From: a virus
Lineage: Duplodnaviria > Caudoviricetes
Length of the DNA stretch: 64,000 nt
Direction: 5' to 3' (one strand)
Virus record (IMG/VR): IMGVR_UViG_3300031088_000008
Coordinates: 192,001 to 256,000 of that record
Under the pieces are notes generated by a model that worked only from the letters and a program-made list of their open reading frames with translations, was not told the origin of the DNA and searched no databases. The position numbers and the translations under genes are program-made. Shown one piece after another: positions 37,672 to 47,256 of the stretch; the first letter of the stretch is position 1, and each line of letters opens with the position of its first letter.

Positions 37672-38178
37672 ATGGACGACGAAATGAAGGCAGCCTATAA
37701 CGCTTGCTGCGACGCAATCATCGAATCGCAGATGAAGGATGCTGGGATGACCATTCCGCCTTCCGCTCCGCTTACCCTGTCGTCAGCGGCCTGGGATGGC
37801 GTCACTCTCCTGATGGGTCCCCACATCAGCGATTTTCCTGCTCTGCAGCACGATATGCGGGATGCTCCGCTGGTTCTGGCAATCGTTGGCGAGCCTGGCC
37901 TGGGCAAAAGCTACCACTTCAATCCCTTCACGCATGAGAGCGCAGCAGAGCGCGAGAGCCGCGAGGAAGGCCCAATGTGGCGCGAGCAACTGGTTGAGCG
38001 AAAGCTGACCATCAACTATCTGGGCTTCGATGAATATTTTCCCAACATCGACTATCAGAACTATCGACTGCTCGACGAGGACAAAAAGGCTCCTGAGTGG
38101 CAAAAGCGGCGCAACCGCAGCGCGTCGGCCAAACAGGATCTGATCGACAAGCTGAAGGCCAAGCGCAATGCTCGTTGA
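37672..38178 (+). CDS. Hypothetical protein with isolated Walker A-like motif
   Basis: LAIVGEPGLGKS. Confidence 0.6.
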   Translation: MDDEMKAAYNACCDAIIESQMKDAGMTIPPSAPLTLSSAAWDGVTLLMGPHISDFPALQHDMRDAPLVLAIVGEPGLGKSYHFNPFTHESAAERESREEGPMWREQLVERKLTINYLGFDEYFPNIDYQNYRLLDEDKKAPEWQKRRNRSASAKQDLIDKLKAKRNAR

Positions 38179-38767
38179 TATCACGTTCCGCCCCTTTGCG
38201 GACGATCATCAGGCACGATACAGGGCGCTGGCCGAGGAGCACAACGCCAAGAATCCTGATGATCTCCTGCCCCTGGAGCTCAGCCATCCGCCCCGCATGG
38301 CCAAGGGCATGTACGTGGCAAATGGCAACTTCAACGTTCGTGACATCGTTCAGACAGTGGTCGAGGATGTTCCTCCCTATTATGAGCTGATGCGAAAGGA
38401 CAACTGGGAGGGCTATCACGAGGCCCGGAGCGCCTACAAGCGGAAGATGAACAAACTGTACTCGGAAAAGTACAAGAAGGGGCCGTACCGCGGCGTGGAA
38501 GGTCTGGGTGCATACGGGCTTTGCGATTCGCCTGAACAGTTCCTTGAATGCTTTCCGCACATCGCTGATGACGAGATTCCCCGCTTTCTAACCTTTTATG
38601 GCATCAAGCGAGAGCACCAGAGTCCGCAGGGTGGTTTCCGCTACCACAAGAACGGAACCTACTATGGCAAACAGAAGCCGCGTTGCGAGTATCTGTACGA
38701 TGACACCCACATCGACATGATCTGCGGCTTCCACATTTATAGGGTGGAGGATGTGATCAGCGCATGA
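38168..38767 (+). CDS. Hypothetical phage protein
   Basis: YGLCDSPEQF...GGFRYHKNGTYYG. Confidence 0.7.
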   Translation: MLVDITFRPFADDHQARYRALAEEHNAKNPDDLLPLELSHPPRMAKGMYVANGNFNVRDIVQTVVEDVPPYYELMRKDNWEGYHEARSAYKRKMNKLYSEKYKKGPYRGVEGLGAYGLCDSPEQFLECFPHIADDEIPRFLTFYGIKREHQSPQGGFRYHKNGTYYGKQKPRCEYLYDDTHIDMICGFHIYRVEDVISA

Positions 38768-38976
38768 AACTATATCTGGCCAATGTAACGCTCCACGTCA
38801 GCCCCTACATGGAAAAGAGCTACCAGGAAAAGGTCCAGACGCTGGTCTGGGGCACCGACTACGAGGATGCGGAAAACAAGATTCGCGAACATTATACCAA
38901 CGACGACCAGTATGGTCTGGACAAAAGCGTCTGGGAGGTTGAACTAATTGCAGCCTTGGGTGATTTTCCCGGTTGA
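38764..38976 (+). CDS. Hypothetical protein
   Basis: ATGA overlap. Confidence 0.65.
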   Translation: MKLYLANVTLHVSPYMEKSYQEKVQTLVWGTDYEDAENKIREHYTNDDQYGLDKSVWEVELIAALGDFPG

Positions 38977-39033
38977 CGCACCTGACTCTGGTGTTAAAAC
39001 CAGAACATAGGCAAGCAACACGGAGATCGGTCG

Positions 39034-39468
39034 ATGGCAAACTGGAACGAGATGAGCAAGGGCGCGCAGAAGGCAGCAAGCACGGCAGCGCACGTTCTCA
39101 ACGAGCTGGAAATCCAGGGCAAGGCGCGCTTTACGATGACCGAGGCCACGACGGCGATCTGGGGCACGTCGGGCACTGGCAACCCCAACGCGGTCCGGCT
39201 GATCGAGGCAACTGCGGCGCTAGGCTTTCTCAAGATCGTGCCCCACGGCAAGCGGACGCGCTACGTTGAAGCAGGTGCGAAGCCGGTCCCCAGCGAGGCG
39301 ATGTCGCAGGAGGACAAGGACTTTGCAAAGCGGATGCACCAGGAAACGATCCAGATCGAGGCAGACGCCATGGAGCGTCGGGTCAGGGACGCAATCCAGA
39401 ATGATCCCAAGAATGCCAGTAAGGTGTTTATGAGCGAGCTGGGCAACTTCCTCGGAGGTCGTCGCTGA
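39034..39468 (+). CDS. Hypothetical protein, possible winged helix
   Basis: Promoter cassette plus GGAG. Confidence 0.65.
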   Translation: MANWNEMSKGAQKAASTAAHVLNELEIQGKARFTMTEATTAIWGTSGTGNPNAVRLIEATAALGFLKIVPHGKRTRYVEAGAKPVPSEAMSQEDKDFAKRMHQETIQIEADAMERRVRDAIQNDPKNASKVFMSELGNFLGGRR

Positions 39469-39805
39469 TGGCACAGGAAATCATGCCCAAGGCTCTCGAG
39501 GGAGAGATCGTGGCCGACCTCGCGCTCACTGGTCTGGAGACTCCAGAGGAGATCTACGATATGCTGGAGCGTCTGCATTCCGTTCTCCTCAAGCCGGTTG
39601 AGGCGGCGTGATGCGGCGCCTTCCCCTGATCCTCTTTTGGGTCCTGCTCGCTGGTGCGGTGCTCTTTGCGTTCGATCGCATGATGAAGCACGATGAACAG
39701 GTGCTTTGCAAGCGCGGCGTGGAAAGATTCTGCGACGTCTAAAAAGTGGTTGCAACTGTCTGTTCTGGTGTTAGATCCAGAACATCGGCAACGAGGAGAT
39801 CGAAA

Positions 39806-40255
39806 ATGAACGCAGAGCAGCAGGCACGTTTTGACGCAGTAGCGCCCATTGTGGCAGCACACGGCCGCGCACTCGTTGAGCTGGCCGCCGACAAGACGGT
39901 CGCAGTGGTGGGCAAGACGCGCAAGCGTTATGGTCAGGTCTATCCTGGTCAGGACAGCGGCCTCAAGGCAACTGTCGGCAAGCGCGAAGGTGTCAAGTTC
40001 ATCCGACTGTTTGGCACTTACAATAACAAGGCCGTGGATCGGACTTTCAAGGTCGGCGAAACTGTCGAGTACGACAGCTACAATCTTCGTTACTTGGGCG
40101 TGATCACCAACATCACCGACAAGCGCGTAACGGTCCAGCCACGTTATGGTGCAGGCGCCAAGTCGATGGATCTTTACGGATTCGCCTGGCGCAACTACAA
40201 TTTCAATCTTGAGCAGGCTGTCGAAGAAAATCACCAGACCAGCTATTATATCTGA
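39806..40255 (+). CDS. Hypothetical protein
   Basis: Promoter cassette plus GAGGAG. Confidence 0.75.
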   Translation: MNAEQQARFDAVAPIVAAHGRALVELAADKTVAVVGKTRKRYGQVYPGQDSGLKATVGKREGVKFIRLFGTYNNKAVDRTFKVGETVEYDSYNLRYLGVITNITDKRVTVQPRYGAGAKSMDLYGFAWRNYNFNLEQAVEENHQTSYYI

Positions 40256-40436
40256 GGGAGTAAACCATGTTCATCGGTATCGCAATCGGGCTCATTCTCT
40301 GGACGATCTTTTTCGTCGCCAATCTCCTGACGCTGAAGAACTATGAGAACATCAACGTCAAGATGACCTTCTGCTGGTTCGTGGTCTTCGTGAGCTTCTT
40401 CGGCGCAGCGGGCTATCTGATCTCACTGTTCTTCTG

Positions 40437-40688
40437 ATGCAACTGGCGATCATCGAGGCAGTAATCGACAACTATGGTCGACTCAGCCGGGTCATCGAGG
40501 AGATCGCCAGAAAGCACGTGGAGGCCGAGAAGTCTGAAAAGGACTTTCAGGTCTTCAAGACCAACGCCCATATGGAGTCCTTCTACGTTGAGGAGGACTC
40601 CACCATCACAGTCTATTTTGATTACAGCCATCCCTACGAGGGCGACGAGACGATCTCCTTTGATGTCTCGGAGATTGAGCACTTTTAG
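40437..40688 (+). CDS. Acidic hypothetical protein
   Basis: TGATG overlap. Confidence 0.65.
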   Translation: MQLAIIEAVIDNYGRLSRVIEEIARKHVEAEKSEKDFQVFKTNAHMESFYVEEDSTITVYFDYSHPYEGDETISFDVSEIEHF

Positions 40689-40727
40689 TTTCTTGCGGCG
40701 AGGTGCTCCCTAGCGTAACATTCCGCT

Positions 40728-41162
40728 ATGAATGTTCTCATTGTAGGCGATCGGCCTGGACCCAACACGGATCCCAAAGATCCACTGTTCATCCACACGA
40801 CCACTGGCGCGGCTGCGCGGCTTGCCAAGATGATGGCTCTGGACAGTGATGCCTATCACGCAATCCGCCGCATCAACGCTCGTCACGATGGTGAAAAGCT
40901 TCTGGAACTCGATGAAGCGCGAACCCGCCTCCGCAAGACGCTGATGGATCTTGAGGGTCCCTGGCTAACGATCCTCGTGGGAGCCGAGGCAGCGCGCGTC
41001 TATGGCGGTTCCCTGATAGCAGGAAACCCCGTTAGCAGTGGCGATCTCCGTGCCCTCTACATTCCCCACACAAGTGGGATGAATCGTTTCTGGAACGTCC
41101 CCGAAAACGTCCAGTTCTATGAGATGCTCCTAAAAGCGGAACTGGCTAAGATAACTGGTTGA
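40728..41162 (+). CDS. Uracil-DNA glycosylase superfamily-like protein
   Basis: VLIVGDRPG, ILVGAEA, IPHTSGMNRFWN resemble UDG motifs A and B. Confidence 0.6.
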   Translation: MNVLIVGDRPGPNTDPKDPLFIHTTTGAAARLAKMMALDSDAYHAIRRINARHDGEKLLELDEARTRLRKTLMDLEGPWLTILVGAEAARVYGGSLIAGNPVSSGDLRALYIPHTSGMNRFWNVPENVQFYEMLLKAELAKITG

Positions 41163-41220
41163 CGTGCTCAACTCTGGTGCTATTCCTGGTACATAGGAAA
41201 CGCACACAGGGAGACAGCAG

Positions 41221-41592
41221 ATGGCCGTTGTGATCAAGATCAAGGCGACGAAGATTTCGGCAAAGAGCAAGCAGGATATCATCCGCAAGCTCGAAGGTGA
41301 TTTCCGCACTGGTTTCCAGCGCCATTACGGCTACGGTCTGGTCGGTCGACGGGATGGCCGTTACGATGGCATCGTCCGCCTTTACAGCCTCGAGAAGCAC
41401 AATCGGAAGGTGCAGGTCACCAAGAAGCTGATCACTCGCGGCAAGGACAAGGGCAAGCTCGCAGAGACGCGGACGGTGCTTCGTGAGAGCGGCTGGATCG
41501 CCCACTACTACGATATCCCCGAGGATATGGTCGAGACGGCGGGTACTTCGCAGGGTACTCGGACGTTCAAGCTCAAGCTGAAGGGCGCGTAA
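41221..41592 (+). CDS. Basic hypothetical protein
   Basis: Promoter cassette; Lys/Arg rich. Confidence 0.7.
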   Translation: MAVVIKIKATKISAKSKQDIIRKLEGDFRTGFQRHYGYGLVGRRDGRYDGIVRLYSLEKHNRKVQVTKKLITRGKDKGKLAETRTVLRESGWIAHYYDIPEDMVETAGTSQGTRTFKLKLKGA

Positions 41593-41828
41593 TGGACTGT
41601 GGTCATCAGTGCCATGAGATCGGGGGTCCCTGGATAGCAGAGGACCCCAACTGCCCCATTCATGGCACCAACGGCGTTGGGGAAGATCTTGAGCGTATGG
41701 TTGACATGCGTGAGGTCATCCGTCTTCTGGTCGAGGCACTGGAACTTCATGAGCGGAACGCCCACTGCTCGCTTTCCCTGGATAGTGAGGACAAGGCGTT
41801 GATCGAGAGGGCCAACTCTTTTCTGTAA
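41592..41828 (+). CDS. Hypothetical protein
   Basis: TAATG overlap; CGHQC..CPIH. Confidence 0.65.
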   Translation: MDCGHQCHEIGGPWIAEDPNCPIHGTNGVGEDLERMVDMREVIRLLVEALELHERNAHCSLSLDSEDKALIERANSFL

Positions 41829-41892
41829 AACTGGTTGACAGCCCTGTCCAGTTTGCTAGGACAGGGGTGTAGGCAACGTAGGGAGAAACAAG

Positions 41893-42069
41893 ATGAGCAA
41901 CACGACGGGAAAGCGGGGCGTTCGCAACATGCAGCGCCGCCAGGTGCGACGTGTTCTCAACGGCTCCCCTGAGTTCTTCACCCGCGCTGGCTCGGCCATC
42001 ACCATCCGCAAGGGCTGGGGCGGCGGCATCGGAAAGAACAATCTCCTCGACCGCAGCGTGGAGGCATAA
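41893..42069 (+). CDS. Small basic protein
   Basis: Promoter plus GGGAG; 58 aa. Confidence 0.55.
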   Translation: MSNTTGKRGVRNMQRRQVRRVLNGSPEFFTRAGSAITIRKGWGGGIGKNNLLDRSVEA

Positions 42070-42070
42070 A

Positions 42071-42373
42071 ATGGGCTACGCGGATCTTCTGAGCGGCTCC
42101 AGTATTGCTGGCATGCTGGCACAGGCCATCGCCGAAATGAGCACCCAGACCGAGGACACTCCTCACTGGGAAGAGGGTCGGCAGATCGACATGGATGCGT
42201 TCGATCGTCTCCCACGTCAGGTTCGCGACCACATCAACGAGCATGGCAGCTTTTACCCCATCGAGGACGTCCTCTGGGAACATCAGAACGATCATCGCGG
42301 TGACTGGGAGCTCACGCTGGTCTGGCTGCTGGAATGTGAGGACTTGGAGCGCGAACTCGCGACCGTCCACTGA
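42071..42373 (+). CDS. Acidic hypothetical protein
   Basis: GGAGG RBS. Confidence 0.65.
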   Translation: MGYADLLSGSSIAGMLAQAIAEMSTQTEDTPHWEEGRQIDMDAFDRLPRQVRDHINEHGSFYPIEDVLWEHQNDHRGDWELTLVWLLECEDLERELATVH

Positions 42374-42822
42374 TGAGCAGCCGTCCCAAAGCCCCTGTTG
42401 GTCTCTTTATTGGCGGACCACGTTGCAAGCGGTGCGATGTTCCGTTTGCCTCTGGCATAATGAGCGATGGTATTGGCTACTGCCGAAACTGTCAATGGGA
42501 ACAAGGCTATGAGGGACCGCAGCGTGAGAGCCAGTGCCTTTCCTGTTTCAACAACATTGGGCTTGACAAAAAGGGTCACGTTCAATGCGCGGCGCTGATG
42601 TATCAGATGCGCGATGGCACCTGGAGGGATCGAACCAACCAAGCGGAACGTTGTCACTTCATTGAAATGGGCATGAAGAAGATCTGTCAGCCCATTGTTC
42701 CAGATACTCGCAAGAAGCCTGAGTTCATGTGCGAATGTTATGAGGACTTAAAGGGCAAGAGCCGGAACTGTGTTCAGGTAATGGATCCAGAAAACTTCTT
42801 CTCGCGCAAGAGATTCTGGTAG
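42373..42822 (+). CDS. Cys-rich hypothetical protein
   Basis: Multiple CxxC. Confidence 0.65.
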   Translation: MSSRPKAPVGLFIGGPRCKRCDVPFASGIMSDGIGYCRNCQWEQGYEGPQRESQCLSCFNNIGLDKKGHVQCAALMYQMRDGTWRDRTNQAERCHFIEMGMKKICQPIVPDTRKKPEFMCECYEDLKGKSRNCVQVMDPENFFSRKRFW

Positions 42823-42873
42823 ACAACCAGGATGGGTCTGCTATCCAGAATGCAGACAACGAGGAGAAACGCG

Positions 42874-43530
42874 GTGGCGAAGACGATCGAACAACTGACG
42901 GCAGATCTTGATCGAGCCCGCAATGCTCTCAAGAGGGCCCAGGACAACTTCCACATCGCCCACAACGCTTTCACCACCGCCCAGCTGGCCGAAGAGGCCA
43001 AGGAAGCGATGACGCTGGAAAAGGCGCTGGAAACCAACGTGGCCAGCGGCTGGAACAAGCGCGGCGATGCGTATCTCTCGCAGCTTTCCTGGAAGGGCGC
43101 ATGGGCCGGCACTGGTCTGCGGAACGGTGGCGGTCACTGGTGCCGGACGGATCAGAACTGCCTCACGGTCGCGGTCAACCACAAGTGGGATGACGACAAG
43201 CTGGTGACCCTGAGCCAGCTGATCGAAAGCGTCCTGCCCGTGATCCGCCCCGGAATGTTCGAGGGAACGCTCAAGCTGACCAGCAAGGGAGCAGCGGTCA
43301 AGACTGACCTGATGCGCGGATTTAACATTGCGGAGCACACTCTTTCCCGCTATAGCGACTGGAAGTTGGCGTGGATCCAGGGTGACGAGTGGGCGATCTT
43401 TGATCACCGTGACATCGATCGCAGCTGGGGCAGGGCTCGGGTTACTGGTTCGCTTTTGGAATGCTTGAAGGAAATCAGGCAGTACCTCTGGAGCGAGGGT
43501 GGGACTTATTCGGAAGAGGATGACAACTGA
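42874..43530 (+). CDS. Hypothetical protein with N-terminal coiled coil
   Basis: GAGGAG plus GTG. Confidence 0.7.
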   Translation: MAKTIEQLTADLDRARNALKRAQDNFHIAHNAFTTAQLAEEAKEAMTLEKALETNVASGWNKRGDAYLSQLSWKGAWAGTGLRNGGGHWCRTDQNCLTVAVNHKWDDDKLVTLSQLIESVLPVIRPGMFEGTLKLTSKGAAVKTDLMRGFNIAEHTLSRYSDWKLAWIQGDEWAIFDHRDIDRSWGRARVTGSLLECLKEIRQYLWSEGGTYSEEDDN

Positions 43531-44399
43531 TGTCGTGGTACCATTTGCACAACAATCCTGACACGATGGTTGAGATAGGAAATCTCAAGGGCGACATCTA
43601 CCGGGGACGGTACGCTGACCAGTCCGACGAGACGATCGAGAATGTGATCGCCAATCGCCAGCTTCTCATCCAGGGCATGGCCAAGATGGTCGAGGACTTC
43701 AAGGCTGGTCGGCCCATCTATGCCAAGATCCACAGTGGTGCAAGGGCCGGCAGCATCGCAAAGATCGAGCGCGACTGTCTTCAACTCCGCAACATAAGTT
43801 CAGTTCCCAAGGGCCCCGCTTATAATATCATCCGCCAAGGAACGTTGCCAACGGATCCCAACATCTTCATCCGCGAAAGCAAGTCGGGTTTCATGGGTAT
43901 CAGGGAGCCCAACCTGCTGGAAATCTACATGATGGAGTGGATTGAGCAGGACGGCTCAAAGACGCTTCGTTACGAGTTCGATGGTCGAAAGCCCGTTGCT
44001 ACTAACTGGGGCGACCAAACCGGCCTGGAGATCCTTCCCAATCACGTGGGACCAACGGTTTATCTGTTTGCCAAAAAGCCTCCCAAGACCGAGGAGGAAA
44101 AGGCCAAGAAGGTTGATCTCCTGCCCTGCGTTCCCCTGGATATGTTCGGCAACGAGCTGGCAATCGGTGACATGTTCATCTATTCGCGCCGCGATGAGCT
44201 GGTGATCGCACGTCTGAAAAGAACCCACGCCAGCGGTTTCATCACCGCAGAGACCATCCTTGACAAAAAGGAAGTGCGGCTGCAGGGAGAAGTCAGCAGC
44301 CACGCGACCAAGACTGGTCAGCACAATCCGGCGCTGATGAAGTTTGACAAAAACGAGGTGCTCAGCACCAAACTGATGATGGAGAAATTGAAGCGGTGA
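43530..44399 (+). CDS. Hypothetical protein
   Basis: 289 aa; TGATG overlap. Confidence 0.75.
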   Translation: MSWYHLHNNPDTMVEIGNLKGDIYRGRYADQSDETIENVIANRQLLIQGMAKMVEDFKAGRPIYAKIHSGARAGSIAKIERDCLQLRNISSVPKGPAYNIIRQGTLPTDPNIFIRESKSGFMGIREPNLLEIYMMEWIEQDGSKTLRYEFDGRKPVATNWGDQTGLEILPNHVGPTVYLFAKKPPKTEEEKAKKVDLLPCVPLDMFGNELAIGDMFIYSRRDELVIARLKRTHASGFITAETILDKKEVRLQGEVSSHATKTGQHNPALMKFDKNEVLSTKLMMEKLKR

Positions 44400-44725
44400 G
44401 TGACCTTTTAGCCAGAGCCCAAGCGGCGTTGAAGAAGGCTGAGCAGGACACACTCAACTGGCCCGGTCCCTGTCATCAGTGCAAATACTGGAAAAGCTGG
44501 CTGGGAGGTGTGTCCAATTTCGACTACTGCACCAACGAGCTGGCGCGTCTCGAGACATTCACTCCTCATGGTGGCTACGATGTCAAGCTGCCAGAGTGTG
44601 CCAACGTTCGCTCCCAAAAGGGAATGTGCGGCCCAGAGGGAAAACTCTTTGAGCCCAAGGCCACCGCGGTCATCGCCAAAAACATCGCCAAAAAGGGTTT
44701 CTGGGCCTGGCTTCGAGGCAAATAA
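44396..44725 (+). CDS. Cys-rich hypothetical protein
   Basis: CxxC..C..C..R...CGPEGKLF. Confidence 0.7.
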   Translation: MSDLLARAQAALKKAEQDTLNWPGPCHQCKYWKSWLGGVSNFDYCTNELARLETFTPHGGYDVKLPECANVRSQKGMCGPEGKLFEPKATAVIAKNIAKKGFWAWLRGK

Positions 44726-44785
44726 CTGGTTGCATAGCCAAACTCTGGTGCTAGTGTCTGTTTATCGGACGCACAGGAGATAGAC

Positions 44786-45088
44786 ATGCTGCTCATTTAC
44801 ACCCACAATACGCGCATGAAGACCGGTTGGATCATCACCGAGGATCTGATCGCGCCGGGTGGCGGCAAGTATATCCCCGCAAAGCTCAAGCATCCGCAAG
44901 CGCAAAATGCCCAGCTGATGTGCGAGGCGCTCTCGCGTTACTTCCGCGAAGACACTAACATGCGTGTGCGGCCAACGCTCCGCGCTGCATACGAAGGTGC
45001 CCTCAAGTATCTCGCAAACGCAACCGACTACAAGTATTTGCCCGCAACTGCTCTCGCTGCAGAGCGTATTCTCGTAAAGGGGAACTGA
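44786..45088 (+). CDS. Hypothetical protein
   Basis: Promoter cassette plus AGGAG. Confidence 0.7.
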   Translation: MLLIYTHNTRMKTGWIITEDLIAPGGGKYIPAKLKHPQAQNAQLMCEALSRYFREDTNMRVRPTLRAAYEGALKYLANATDYKYLPATALAAERILVKGN

Positions 45089-45089
45089 T

Positions 45090-45665
45090 ATGCCGTGGAA
45101 CAAGGTCGAGGACATTGCTCCTCCCACCGATCGCGTGGTCGAGGTAACAAGCGGCGGAGCGTGGACCTACGAGGACAGCTTTCTCGACTCCACGCATCGC
45201 CATCGTCCCAACACAACCGCTCGCCACTGGACATATCAGGGCGATGTTGCCCTTGTGCTCTGGTACAGCGCCGAGGCACTTGGTACCAAGCAAGGTTCCT
45301 TTCTGTCCACCAAGGGAGGCATGATGCCTCCGTTTACCTTCTGGCGGGAGTATGAGAATCCACTCGCCGGCCTTGAGGGCTACATCACGGACACCACGCC
45401 ACCTCGTCCAATCAACGAGCGGTTCGATGGCGATGCTCGCCTCCGACTGTATCCTGATATCGAGGCAGCAGCCAACAAAAACATCGCCTGGCTGCAGGAC
45501 GTGATCGGTCGCGATGTGGCCGCTGGTCGTCCACCCCTTCCATCGTCGGAGCGTGGTCTGCGACTGGGTATCGAGCATGCCAACAAGGTCACCGCCGACC
45601 GCGCAGCGGCGTATGACCCCTATGAGCTTCCAGAAAACGTCCGAGGAAAAGCAAAAAGCGGTTGA
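45090..45665 (+). CDS. Hypothetical protein
   Basis: 191 aa ORF. Confidence 0.7.
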   Translation: MPWNKVEDIAPPTDRVVEVTSGGAWTYEDSFLDSTHRHRPNTTARHWTYQGDVALVLWYSAEALGTKQGSFLSTKGGMMPPFTFWREYENPLAGLEGYITDTTPPRPINERFDGDARLRLYPDIEAAANKNIAWLQDVIGRDVAAGRPPLPSSERGLRLGIEHANKVTADRAAAYDPYELPENVRGKAKSG

Positions 45666-45986
45666 TCACCAGGATCCTGGTGTTACCCCTCTTTTATAGA
45701 AAACACCAGGAGGTCAACTATGGGTGGTAAAATTCGTACCGGTTGGTTCATCGAGATCCTCGCCAAGCTACACCGCAGCAACAAAAACGGTGGCATGGAC
45801 GGCGGCGACCATCGAAAGGACATGAGCTACCGTGCCACCAGCGCGCGGAAGCGTCGCCGTGAGGGCAAAAAGATCGACCTCGATGATTGATCAAATTATC
45901 TGAACAAAACCAGAACAAAACTGGTTGACGTTCCATTTCCTGGTGTTAGAGCTTGTTTATCGGAAACGCAAACAAAGGAACACAAG

Positions 45987-46352
45987 ATGGGCAAGCTGGT
46001 AAACCTGAACAAGAACGCTTCGGCACTGATCGGCACTTCGGCTAAGGTTCGCGTCCGCGTCCTCGGCGGCATGTTGCAGATTCTCCCCACGAATCGTGTC
46101 AAGTCCATCAACTTGCCCAAGGGCGAAATGCTTGCTGAACTGAAGGTTCGCGCAGATCGCGGTACGGTTCGCTTCCAGATGCCCGACGTGGCCGGTCTCA
46201 ACGAACTCGACGGCGCAGAGGGCGCAAAGTTCAACATCGTCCAGGGCAAGCATGGCTGGCTCACGATGGTCAACGTGACCGAGGCCGCAGAGCTGCTGAA
46301 GACCCCGATCGGTCAGGCTGCCCCAGCTGGCGCAAGCATCACCGCAAAGTAA
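45987..46352 (+). CDS. Hypothetical protein, paralog A
   Basis: LQILPTNRVKSINLPKGE shared with next gene. Confidence 0.8.
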   Translation: MGKLVNLNKNASALIGTSAKVRVRVLGGMLQILPTNRVKSINLPKGEMLAELKVRADRGTVRFQMPDVAGLNELDGAEGAKFNIVQGKHGWLTMVNVTEAAELLKTPIGQAAPAGASITAK

Positions 46353-46455
46353 AAGACTTTGCAACTCTGGTGAGAAAGTGGTTGACGCCCTCTCACCAGA
46401 GTGTAGATCCAGAACATGGACGGGGCGATGGTCGCCCACAGCGAGGAGATCGAAA

Positions 46456-46812
46456 ATGGCTACTGTGAACCTGAACAAGCTGGCATCGGCAATGATCGGC
46501 GAAAACACCAAGGTCCGGATTCGACTGGTCGATGGTGCGCTCCAGATGCTGCCGACCAACCGGGTCAAGTCCATCAATCTCCCCAAGGGTGAGACGCTGG
46601 TCGATCTCCGAGTCAAGAAGGGCGCAGTCAACACGTTCCGCTTCACGCTTCCCAAGGAAATGGAACTGCAGGTCTCGATGATGCATCGTGCGGTTCGCGG
46701 AAAGCACGGCTGGATTGCCCTGGAAGCGATGTCGGCCGAGGAGCGCGCAGCGGCGCTGATCGTCAACGGCGCAGGCCCCAAGCCAGCCCACGCTTCGGTG
46801 TCGGAAAAGTAA
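46456..46812 (+). CDS. Hypothetical protein, paralog B
   Basis: LQMLPTNRVKSINLPKGE, GKHGW. Confidence 0.8.
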   Translation: MATVNLNKLASAMIGENTKVRIRLVDGALQMLPTNRVKSINLPKGETLVDLRVKKGAVNTFRFTLPKEMELQVSMMHRAVRGKHGWIALEAMSAEERAAALIVNGAGPKPAHASVSEK

Positions 46813-46814
46813 AA

Positions 46815-47200
46815 TAACGGTTGACGCTCAGGATGTTGGCACTAACGTCCTGAGTGTTACTACGGACTTACAACGGATCAACGCTAACTGAAAGGAGGTA
46901 CGTATGCGCTAAGGAACATGGCGTCGCCCCATAGCGCCGAGGGGCTTTAGAGAAAAGATAGGATCGGGATTACTGCTGCCATGGAAGTTGGCGCGGAATC
47001 CAATGGACTCCAGCCCAACGGCGCCCTCAGGGGCGCTGTTGTCGTATCCGGCGTCCAGCGCGGCACCCAATTGGAAGACTTCTCCTTTAGCGGATGGTAA
47101 AGCGAGGAAGTCGCGCCTTTGTGTTGCTTCTTAATTGAGATATTCTGAAATCCATGCTATTCCGGGTCAGCCCGCTGGAAGGGGCTGGGTCGTAATATCG
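46815..47200 (+). ncRNA. Candidate structured RNA with strong SD-ATG-CGC-TAA minigene
   Basis: Promoter at 46819, AAAGGAGGT at 46891, several hairpins, no long ORF. Confidence 0.4.
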
Positions 47201-47256
47201 TGTATCTCATATCTAATTTAGTTGCAAGCCAAAGTAGCTTATAATATGGGTCAAAG

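Noticed and set aside
46950-47130. tRNA or tmRNA
   Set aside because: No T-loop GTTCRA or cloverleaf with CCA end found by eye; kept only as a generic ncRNA candidate
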